From Octopus sinensis (taxonomy: Eukaryota): DNA of 64,000 nt. Every line of letters begins with the position of its first letter. Position 1 is the stretch's first letter. The notes under the pieces were generated by a model, which saw only the letters and a program-made list of their open reading frames with translations, had not been told where the DNA came from and did not search any database. This document shows, in pieces, positions 53,866-64,000 of the stretch. Location of the stretch: assembly GCF_006345805.1 (NCBI RefSeq), contig NC_043014.1:51274001-51338000 (forward strand). Direction: 5' to 3'. A program made the translations under genes and the position numbers.

Positions 53866-54264
53866 CTAGCAGTATCGCCCGGCGTGGCTCGGTTTGTAAG
53901 GGAAATAACTATATAAGCATTTTTAGAGATGTAAAGTATAATAGCCATCTCAATATGGCTAACCACAAAGGGGGGGGGTGTTACTGTAGGTTTTTACGTT
54001 CTGAGATTTAATAATACATTTTTAGAGAGTTACTTCCCTTATTTAATAGCAAAAAAAAAAATGCATTAAAAATGGGAAAAATTGATGGTAATTTTTTTTT
54101 AATCGTAGACTCATCGTAGACGCGCGCTAATACCCAGAAGGGCTCTATATGAATCACAACTATAAGATACCCGCTTTTGGTTACACTGCACCGCAAAATG
54201 TGGGAGGAGTTAGGAATCTATATCATAGGAGACAGACACACAACTTCACTTTTAGGTATAAAGA
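53866..54264 (-). mobile_element. non-autonomous Helitron
   Basis: Minus strand: 5' TCTTTATACCTAAAAGTG..., 3' CCGAGCCACGCCGGGCGATACTGCTAG; flanked by A53865 and T54265. Confidence 0.87.
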
Positions 54265-56009
54265 TGTTTGGCTTCATAATACTAAAGATTAAGCAGATCC
54301 GTGGATCAAACCTGTTTTAGTGGTGACCTGTTTCTGTTAGTTTATTCCAGCATCGGTTTGTCGTAGCAAACGAGTTTTGGTAATTTCAATGATGAGGAAT
54401 TTTCTTGGGGATGTAGATGGAAACTCCCCTCTGTTGAATGACCGCTAAGAAGTTTTCACGTTAAACTACCGTTGATAATATCTATGTATAAGTCAAGACA
54501 ACGAAGGAGATTTAATGAGAAGCCCGCATCCTAAAATTTATCGCTGAATTCGATATTCTTGCCAATTTCTCTTGGTCAAAGAAAACCAAAATATGCCTGT
54601 AAGGCAATTATGTTGATGTTTAGCCTCAGAGTAGGAATGGTCTTGCAGATATTTGATCAAAGTTATTCAAGCAATCGACCTCGTTCCTATGTTTTGAATG
54701 CTGCTCATGAAGGAATATGTAATCAGTTGATTATACCCCTCAAGATTTTTAATATTGTAGATTGAGATTTGCAGTATTTGTAGTTACCATTTACAGCGGG
54801 TAGATCCACAACGGTGAGACTATATCATTAACAGGAAATAAGTAGTAGGCATGCGTAACGGAAGATTGTAGTTATGACAAGTCATTGTGATATGACAAAT
54901 GTTACTGATTCTAATGTTTGTCGCAATGCCTAAAGATATCACGTGCACGCACATGAATATACCCACAAAATAAGCTACGAGACATTTGGTTGCTGCCGCT
55001 GGCGTCGCTGTTTCGACGCCGATTTCTTGACATAAAACGTTTTAATGCCCTTCCTCCTCCTCCTCCTCCGTGAGTGTTTGCGCGAGCATATATTTCTCTT
55101 TATCTGTAATGAATGATTATTCCAGTCGTATTCAATAAAGAAATTGCAGTGTGTCTTTCTCTGTATTACTTTGTGTGTGTTTTTCTACTTGTTTGCACGC
55201 GTGAGTGTGTTTTCCTCCAGTGCCAAAAAGTACTGTAGCCAAAGCAATCCGACTGTTCAGGCAGGCATGTCAAACCATCAGACCCACCCCCAAACTACCC
55301 ACCCCCAAACTACCCACGCCTAATCGCCTCAGTCAGTACTTACAGGCAAATCCATATAGATATACGCATGGTGACGCAAGATGTGAATGGAAAGTATTTA
55401 AAGACCAGGCGCCATTTTCCTTTACAGTTAATTCTTGCATCCTATTACTTCTAAGTCATATAAAAGCGGATTTTCTCCCAAAGTATTTGATTATTCAATC
55501 TTACAATCTTGCCAAATGGAATCTATCGCCAAAAAAATAATTATTACAGTAATGCTTGAAAATAACTTTTCTAATTTTAAATAGTGTTTTCAAAATAATG
55601 TTCGTAAAATCTCACTGAGAGTTTGTTTACCTTTGATGTTTCTTTGTGCCGGTAAAATAAATACAATTTCACCATTAAGAAGAAAAAATATCGTTCGTTT
55701 ATTTCTACGTTTCCCACCACAAAAATGTGCGACCTTGAATCTTTAGCAGAAATCAATACTCTTTGAAAAATTCTTGTTCTATATACAGTTTGCCCTGCTT
55801 CTTTCAATAAAAGTCGTACTTATCAAGGGTATTTTGATATATCTGAAGACACTTAGTACCTAATTAGCAGATAATTACTAATTAATGAGGAATAGTATTT
55901 TTTTTCCTACTTCATTAATGGTATATTTCCGTTTTTTCTCTGATGATTAATTAGCGACTTATCCGTTTTATTGATAATGATGACACTACTACTACTACTG
56001 TGTTCAGTT

Positions 56010-56350
56010 TTTGACACAAGGTCAGTAATTTGGAGGGGGTGGGTGGGGTAAGTCGATTATATCGGTCTCACTGCTTAACTGATACGTATCTTATGGACAC
56101 CCGAAAGGATGAAAGGCAAAGACGACCTCGGCTCAAATATGGACGAAAAATCGCAAAGCATTTTGTCCGGCGTGCTAACGATTCATATTTCTTTATTGCC
56201 CACAAGGGGCTAAACACAGAGGGCACAAACAAGGACAGACAAAGGGATTAAGTCGATTAAATCGACCCCAGTGCGTAACTGGTACTTAATTTATCGACCC
56301 CGAAAGGATGAAAGTCAAAGTCAACCTCGGCGGAATTTGAACTCAGAACG
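56010..56350 (-). mobile_element. two adjacent or nested SINE family B pieces
   Basis: CCCGAAAGGATGAAAG occurs twice; CCCCAGTGCGTAACTGGTACTTAATTTATCGACCCCG. Confidence 0.8.
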
Positions 56351-56354
56351 TAGA

Positions 56355-56672
56355 TCAGTTCTTAGTTGAATGAATCGAAAACAGTACTCGAATTTTTAAA
56401 GTGTGGTATCTATTTTATCGGTTTCTTTGTTTTTGCTGAGTAGCTAAGTTACGATAACGTAAACACACCAGCACCGGTTGTCAATCGGTGGTGGGGAACA
56501 AACTCTCTTTCTCATACACACACACGCACAGGTGCGCGCGTGGCGGTCTTCTTTATTTTCGTCTACCAAATCCACTCTCAGACACTTCCCTAACGTACCA
56601 CGCTATGGGAATAAATGTAGAACCACGGGGCTGGCAAGCTAATTTCTTATCACACAGACACACCTGCGCGCA
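56355..56672 (-). mobile_element. SINE family A, degenerate
   Basis: GCTAAGTTACG..GTAAACACACCAGCACCGGTTGTCAA..CGTCTACCAAATCCACTC. Confidence 0.7.
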
Positions 56673-56859
56673 TTTGGGGCATCAATCTATCTATCTAGAG
56701 ACATCAATCTATCTATCTGTTTTTTTTGTCTTCTTTCTTTCCATTTACGATCCCTTTTGATGGAAAACCAAACCCCCTTCTTTTACCCCCAAAAGAAATG
56801 CTCTACCTTGTAATTTTGTCCTGTCTGTGTGCAGCCCTGTGTGGCTAATAAAGAAACAT

Positions 56860-56894
56860 ATCTATCTATCTATCTATTTATGTTTTTATCTATA

Positions 56895-56941
<47 letters not shown>

Positions 56942-57062
56942 ATCTCTATTTATCTATCTATCTATTCATCTGTCTAACTATCTATCTATCTATCTATCTA
57001 TATCTCTATTTATCTATCTATCTATCTATTCATCTATCTAATTATCCATCTATCTATCTATC
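56860..57062. repeat. (TATC)n microsatellite
   Basis: Seen directly. Confidence 0.9.
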
Positions 57063-57873
57063 TTACTTTATATGTATATATGAGTATGCATGAATATATA
57101 GTCTCTTAAATGTATATATATATATATATATATACACACACGCATACACTCACACCTCACGTATGTATCTGTACATGCGCATGCGTGTGTGGTGTTAGAA
57201 TGTACTTAGTAAGAAAATCAATAACACGAAGAAGAGCGCCAGTCAAGTTGTCAGAAAGAGCACGCTACATCACCGGGCTAATTGCCTTGCCACATCTTAA
57301 GAATCGGTCCTGTTATTTCGAATTAAAATCTATCCAGATTCAACTTTGACATTTATCTTTGGGGGAGGGGGGGGGGTCGATATTAACAAAAAAAAAAAAA
57401 AAAAAAAGAAAAAGAAAAAATGCACAAGAGCAACGACAACAAGTCAGGAGAACAGAACCGGTCCATATAATCAGCTCCGTTTGACTCACACTACACTGTC
57501 TTGGCTTTGTGCCAAAAACTTCATTGAAATTGTTGCTGTTGCGACTGCGACGACTCCATGTTCATACAATATCTTCGTAGCACATCACCATTTGACAGGT
57601 TCGTTTCATTAAATACTCTCTTGGGGAGGAGGAGGGATATTAATACTTAATTACATACACCCCCTCGCACACACACACACACACTTATATTTTACCTGTT
57701 TCAGTCATTGGGTTACGGTCATGCTGGAACACCGCGTTGAACAATGTTTAGTCGAATAACTCAACTTAAGTACACATTTTCAAAGTCTAGCGTTTATTGT
57801 ATTCAGTTCTCTTATTTCACCTTCTAATTTTACCGAGGAAAGTTCTGCTTCTCTCTCTCTGTCTCTGATATTA

Positions 57874-58040
57874 GCCACTATACACATTTTTCTCTCCTTG
57901 TTTTTCTGTGTCCCTTTCTGTAGAAGAGCGTAGGTTTGAATCGTAAAAGACTTTTTCTATTCCTGAGCGTCATACTAATACATCTGTTTGTTTTGTACAC
58001 CACCTGTCTTCGTCTTTTGTTTTTTTCGTGAACTCTCCCT
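57874..58040 (+). mobile_element. (TA)n-associated short element, copy 2 (degenerate hammerhead-like motif)
   Basis: CTTT-CTGTAGA-A-GAGCGTAGGTTT-GAATCGTA-AAAG; ends at (TA)n. Confidence 0.65.
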
Positions 58041-58060
58041 AATATATATATATATATATA

Positions 58061-58088
58061 TCATTGTACTGCTTGTAACGCAAAATAC

Positions 58089-58123
<35 letters not shown>

Positions 58124-58203
58124 CATTGTACTGCTTGTAACGCAAAATACAAATATATATATATATATATATCATTGTACTGCTTGTAACGCAAAATACA
58201 AAT
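58061..58203. repeat. three identical ~31-bp units separated by (TA)n
   Basis: TCATTGTACTGCTTGTAACGCAAAATACAAA at 58061, 58123 and 58172. Confidence 0.95.
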
Positions 58204-60032
58204 ATATATATATATATTTTCAAATACACACGCACACATATATATACATATGGTGTGTATCTGTATATGTTTGTGTACAAATCATTTATGCGTTGCCAGC
58301 ATAAATGATATCAGTAACGTCGCATATCCCAGATTCGAGCTGATATGTCTTCGAGCAACTCATCACTTTCTGCGTTTAACAGTTGTCTTCATATATAACA
58401 TCAATTTTTTAACGTCTATGATTAATGTAATATCGGTGTCGTTAATTCTAGTGACTATTTTTCAGACAGAGTAAGCTCCGTTGATGGCAGCAGTATGAAA
58501 ATGTCGAATCTTTAGTCTATACAGCTGTGCATTGTATGTAAAACCCCGATGGTAAATAAGCACGATTGAAAAATAAGTAGAGCTCTTTCTGAAGATGCGT
58601 TATTCTTCACACTTTCTAGCTGTTGCTTTGTTTGATAGCATAGAAATGATTAGGTGCACTGATATAAAATTTCAAGTAGGTTTTCATAAATTTATCAGCA
58701 TAAATATTGAAACTTACCGTTATGTGTTGAGAGCTTTTCTGTTAGGTCTATACTGCGATGCATGTGTGTTTGCATGTATCTATGTAGGTACGTATGTGTG
58801 AATATATAAATATTCACCGACATGTGTCTGTTTACATGTGCGCGTTTATCCTGAGCAGATGTGAGTGTTGATGTCTGTCTTTGAACAATTATTGGTGATC
58901 ACATTTTACACTTCTCTCATTTGACAGACACAACATATTTAATGCATAATGCAATATGAGAAAGGAAAAAACCACCACCACTATTACTACTGTTACTACT
59001 ACTATTATTATTATTACTATTGCTGTTAACAATATCAAATAAACAATCAATTTATCAATCTATAATTCTGAAATTGGTAATAGGAACCAAACAAAACAAA
59101 ACATACCAAATTTCGACAAGCCAACTTCACACCTTCACAAAGAAGCCAGAGAAATTGGAAAGCTAATAGGAATTGGGTGTTTTTGCAGTTTGCATAGCGA
59201 ACGGTTATCAACGAGGTTGGGTTCTGGGGTTGGTGGGGCGGAAGAAAATATTTCCTGGAAAACGAGAAACGAGGCACGAAGTGTTTTTATTGTGTTGATG
59301 TGTCGTATAATTGGTTTTACTCGGTAGAGACCGAACGAATGAACGAACGAGCGACCGATCTAGGCCATACAATATGGCTGCTGTCTGCTGGTTTTATTAT
59401 GTACGTTCATGAATTGTACGAAAGTTAAAATTTATGGAATATTGATAAAGTGTCGCATATGTAAAGTGTTAAACAAATAAACGAACATGGTTTTAAATGT
59501 GTATTTACGTGTTATGAACCACAATCATAATGTGTTAGTGCTTTTATAAACATATATATGTATCTGTGCATGTGCTTTCTCTTGCGGTGTCGGTGGTGCA
59601 AAGTGATATATGCTTGTGACTGCTTCAGAAGTGTTAATGTTCCAATTGGGTGTGAGTTTGAATTAAGAGAGACACATAATGCAGATTGTTGTTAAACTTT
59701 AGTGGAAAAATTATTGCCGTTTTAATGTGTATGTGGCTGTGTGTGTTAAATATGTATTTATGAATGCAAGTATGTCTGTTTTATGGTTTTATGGCTGGAT
59801 GCTCGGACGGAGAGACGGATGTTATACATGTAGGCGTGTATGCATGTACATGCATGCGCACACTTACACTCACACGTACATATAACATATATACATACAT
59901 GTGTGTGTATAGACATCTGGACGTGTATTTTATATATATATATATACCTACTTACGTTTTATATGGTGGTACTTCGATCGACATTTCGACAAAACTGTAT
60001 TATGTCCACACACAAACGTGTGTGCAAGTATG

Positions 60033-60089
<57 letters not shown>

Positions 60090-60282
60090 CGCCATGATGG
60101 ACCGTTAGCTCATACACGCATATTTTTCTCTCCTTGTTTCTTTTCTGTGTATCTTTCTGTTGAAGAGCGTAGGCTCGAAACGTAAAAGTCTTGTTCTATT
60201 TCTATTCCTGAGCGCCATACTAATACATTTGTTTGTACTCCACCTGCCTTCGTCTTTTGTTTATTTTCGTAAACCTTCCCGT
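60090..60282 (+). mobile_element. (TA)n-flanked short element, copy 3 (hammerhead-like motif)
   Basis: CTTT-CTGTTGA-A-GAGC-GTAG-GCTC-GAAACGTA-AAAG at 60153-60188; (TA)n on both sides. Confidence 0.65.
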
Positions 60283-60381
60283 TATATATATATATTATAT
60301 ATATATATATGTGTGTGTGTGTGTAAATATGTATAAGTGTGTATATACAATCTAGTTTTTCAATTAGTAAACATTATTATT

Positions 60382-61740
60382 GAGTGAGAGAGCAGTTCAT
60401 GATTTCAAAGTGACGCAGGAGTATAAATGTACGATGTCCAATATACACATCATGACTACCTGTCTCATAACATTACTTCATGCACATGCATTACAACCAT
60501 ATGTGTGCAAAATTGTGGTCTCATATCAAGATAACCAGCGCGTGACCGTGCAGGTGAGGCCCAGTTAGTTTCTTCCTTACGCCGAGTAGCCCAGGCCGCA
60601 CAAAAGGCTTCGAAGTATATACTGACCATGCAGAGGCTTCTGGTTCCACCTCTCCTCAATTTGTGTCTGTCTGTTCTTATTTGCAGTCTGATCCATTTTA
60701 CGCTTTGCGAGGCAGTGGTTTCAATTTCTTCATCTAACTCAACTCAAGGTTAATGCCAAGTTCCCTTGTTAATTGGCAAGCCTCCTTGGCAATAGAATGC
60801 GATCATTTGCAGCTTTCGTGTTTGCACACAAGCTGCGGCATCCATTCATCTGTACCAGATAAGAACCTGTTCACTGCTATTGTGAAGTCCTTATAGTCCA
60901 GTTCTACCTGCATCATTCCTCTTTCCCCCATTACTTTTTATTAGGTACAGACGATCAATATCTGCTTTTGGGCGGTGCATGTCTTAGATATTAGTAGTTT
61001 TCTTGTCTTCCTGTCCAGGCGTTGGAGTTCTGTAAGATTCCAGTAAATGTTGTTAATGGCTTCGATACATTTTTGGAGATGAGTTCAGTTTTTAGTCTTA
61101 TTCTCCTGTTATACACCTTTCTTTTTATTTGTCCCTTCATAGTAGCAATGCCGTATACCATCTCCTTAGTTTATCCCCAGGTATTTATAGCTTTCTTGTG
61201 GCTCAAGCACCTTGATGGTAGTGTTTGTATCTAATTTGATGAAAGCTGTTTGCTTGAGCTTGCCTTATACGAAAGTTTCTTTAGCTCACTTACCAAGGCC
61301 AAATGCCATCCCGATGCCATTGCCGAACTCTTTAACAGTTGTAAACATCCTCGCTAGCTCTTCGTCATTTACAGCAAACAGCTGTAGATCCTCCATATAA
61401 AACAGATGGTTTACTATAATATCATAAATTTTGGATCCATACCTGGTGTTATTCAGTTCGTTTCAGAGTGGGACCAGAGCCATGCAAATGGTGTATGAAT
61501 CACCCTGAAAGATGCCTCATTTGATATTGATGTTATAGATTGACTCATCCCATTACTGCAGTTTAGGAGGAGACGTATATTACACTCGGCCAAGCTACCT
61601 TGTAAGAATTTGGAGGCTACAGGAGAGATCTTATATATCTCAAGCTAATTATGTAGGACAATATCAAACGCTTTATTGTAGTCTATCTTTGCCATATTCA
61701 GGTTTATTCTTGTTGCTCCGGCAATTATCTACAATAATTT
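60382..61740 (-). mobile_element. decayed, 5'-truncated R4/Dong-clade non-LTR retrotransposon (RT relic)
   Basis: Minus-strand motifs in order: IDYNKAFDIVLH, GIFQGDS, HLFYMEDLQL, GIGMAFGLGK, ESYKYLG, HRPKADIDRLY; short (TAA)n at both ends. Confidence 0.85.
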
Positions 61741-61754
61741 TATTATTATTATTG

Positions 61755-61930
61755 TAATTTACCAATTTAATTAGCCCTGTGCTATGACGTTTATTGCTAT
61801 CCCTAATTGAAGAATAATGATTGGAAATTATCTTAGAAAACTGGGAAGAGGATGTGCCAATGTAGAAGTAGACATCGGTACCGCAAGAAATTTTACATTG
61901 GTATATAGAATTCCTGATCTTAGAATTATT
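61755..61930 (-). pseudogene. GIY-YIG endonuclease fragment of a Penelope-like element
   Basis: SIYQCKISCGTDVYFYIGTSSSQFSKIISNHYSSIRDSNKRHSTGL fits the pattern IY..YIG..F.(R)..NH..S......T.L. Confidence 0.7.
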
Positions 61931-61990
61931 AGACATAAACTTGAATCTGTTGGGGTCGTCCTCAGAGGCCAAAACTAATTTTTTAATTGC

Positions 61991-62032
<42 letters not shown>

Positions 62033-62527
62033 ATTTATTTACAATGAAAGAAACTATTATATAGTATAACATATGTGATGTCAAAACACAATTCCATTAT
62101 TTATGGTAGATTTAAAGGTATATGTTGATTCCTGTTTTTCCTGTATATATTCAAGGCACGGCATCTTCTATCACTGCCATGTGTGTGACTCGAATCATAC
62201 AAAATAAAGCTTCAAATATTAATGGCGGATATAAATTGTAAAAATGCTGTTAAGTATCTCCACTTGATGAGCCATTATCGCTACTGTTATGTATAAACAC
62301 GTTTTTACTCTACTCTTTAAGGTCTTGCCTGTCTGTTAATATCTTAAGTGAGTTTTTGAGTACATGCGTGAGATTGTGATTGGAGTTTTATGTGTAATTA
62401 ACACCAATAGAACTGGAATGCGGAACACGTGTTGCTACATGTGTGTGTGTATGTGGGAGGGGGGGTAATTATTATTTGAGCGCTGTATGTTCCTGTATTG
62501 ATTCGTTTGATTAATTAGTTCCTAGGC

Positions 62528-62687
62528 ATGTGTGTGTGTGTATGCATGTATGTATGTGTGTGTGTGAACGTATGTGAATATATATGCTTATATGTATATA
62601 TTTGTGTGTGTGTGTTTGTATATATATATATATATTTGCGTATATATATAAGTATATATTTGTGTATATATATATATATATATTTGC

Positions 62688-62725
<38 letters not shown>

Positions 62726-62799
62726 GTATATATCGGTATGTATATATTGTGTGTGTGTGTCTGTGTTTGTATGTATATATATATATATATATATTTGCG

Positions 62800-62831
<32 letters not shown>

Positions 62832-62899
62832 CGTATATATATATATATATATATATATATTTGCGTATGTATATATATATATATATATATATATTTGCG

Positions 62900-62942
<43 letters not shown>

Positions 62943-63022
62943 ATATGAATATATCGGTATGTATATATTTGTGTGTGTGTGTTATATATATATATATATA
63001 AGGAGAGAGAGAGAGAGAGAGA
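62528..63022. repeat. (TA)n with TTTGCG interruptions, plus (TG)n and (GA)n
   Basis: Seen directly. Confidence 0.9.
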
Positions 63023-63559
63023 AAAAATATTTCAACATATCTATACCTATATATGCATACATTTATATCTCAATATAAATAAATGTATAGCTAACTCTAT
63101 CTATCTACATGCGCGCGCACACACACGCACATTCATATACATATACACACATATACTCACATACACACACATGCACAAAGAAAAACATATATATACATAT
63201 TATATATACAATACGTATGTATAACGCCAGTTTGTACAGACTGATGCAATTTCTGCTATGAAATATTAATAACTATTAGATAAAAGTAGCGACACCTATC
63301 GTTCGCCGAATGATGACCCACATTCTGGCCAGTTGGCTTGCAGGCTTGCTTTATTTGCTAGCTATTTCAAAGTCTGCTTCCTTTTAATTCTGCCGCAATA
63401 TAGTGCGGTAATTGCAGCGAGAGGAAAGCATACAGAGACATCTATGAACAAAATGGTATTGCCAACAAGTATGGTACGTAACACCAATATATATTGCTAT
63501 TCACGATTACAGCCACCATATTAAATGGTGTGAGGAGCTGGTGGTGTGGGTGTTGAATG

Positions 63560-63675
63560 TGCTCTGCCTCGTGGTTAGAGCGTTCTTTTCCGTAATCTAA
63601 GGATCGTGGATTCGATTCCCGGATCAGAGGCGCCTTTGTCTTCTCAGGCAAATGCTTTATTTCACGTCCTGTGCG
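63560..63675 (+). mobile_element. degenerate tRNA-derived SINE head
   Basis: GCCTCGTGGTTAGAGCG..GGATTCGATTCCCGGA..GGCAAATGCTTTATTTCACG. Confidence 0.55.
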
Positions 63676-63778
63676 TTTGATAGCTATGATAATACATGGG
63701 AGTTTATTAAGACCAGTGGTGTATAATATCCGATAATCTTGTGAACACAGTGTCTGTAAGTGTGTGTGTGTGTGTACG

Positions 63779-64000
63779 AACCACATGGTTCCGGGTTCAG
63801 TCCCACAGCGTGGCACCTTGGGCAAGTGTCTTCTACTATAGCCTCGGACTGACCAAAGCCTTGTGAGTGGATTTGGTAGACGGAAACTGAAAGAAGCCCG
63901 TCGTATATATGTATATATATATATATATGTGTGTGTGTGTATATATTTGTGTGTCTGTGTTTGTTCCCCCAACATCGCTTGACAACCGATGCTGGTGTGT
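63779..64000 (+). mobile_element. SINE family A, runs off the window end
   Basis: AACCACATGGTTCCGGGTTCAGTCCCACAGCGTGGCACCTTGGGCAAG... Confidence 0.92.

Noticed and set aside
58061-58203. CRISPR-like repeat-spacer pattern
   Set aside because: Spacers are only (TA)n; eukaryotic context and no cas genes.
29580-62110. Hox-cluster assignment from TTTATGG/TTTACGA sites
   Set aside because: Rough count is about what base composition predicts; no homeobox or miR-10 family sequence seen.

Overview
AT-rich, microsatellite-saturated eukaryotic DNA (intergenic or a large intron). The dominant tRNA-derived SINE families look like those of Octopus (coleoid cephalopod); this is recognition from memory, not a database result. 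I can support no host protein-coding gene, tRNA, rRNA or CRISPR array. Most long ORFs in the track are translations of simple repeats and none reads as a host protein. The window holds many SINE copies of at least 3-4 families, three non-autonomous Helitrons with exact ends, and relics of RTE, R4/Dong, Penelope-like (GIY-YIG) and Ty3/Gypsy elements. It also holds several long fold-back repeats and (TA)n-bounded duplications, some probably assembly artefacts. The most interesting signal is a set of ribozyme-like RNAs. Two ~270-bp direct repeats (9938-10210, 11099-11370) each carry an extended type I hammerhead on the minus strand, downstream of SINE sequence (retrozyme / Schistosoma Sm-alpha-like layout). 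Minimal hammerhead motifs occur in a (TA)n-associated short element (3 copies) and at 51203-51242. A 264-bp TSD-flanked element with an RTE tail has a pseudoknot-forming 5' end. All folds were done by eye and no activity is demonstrated.
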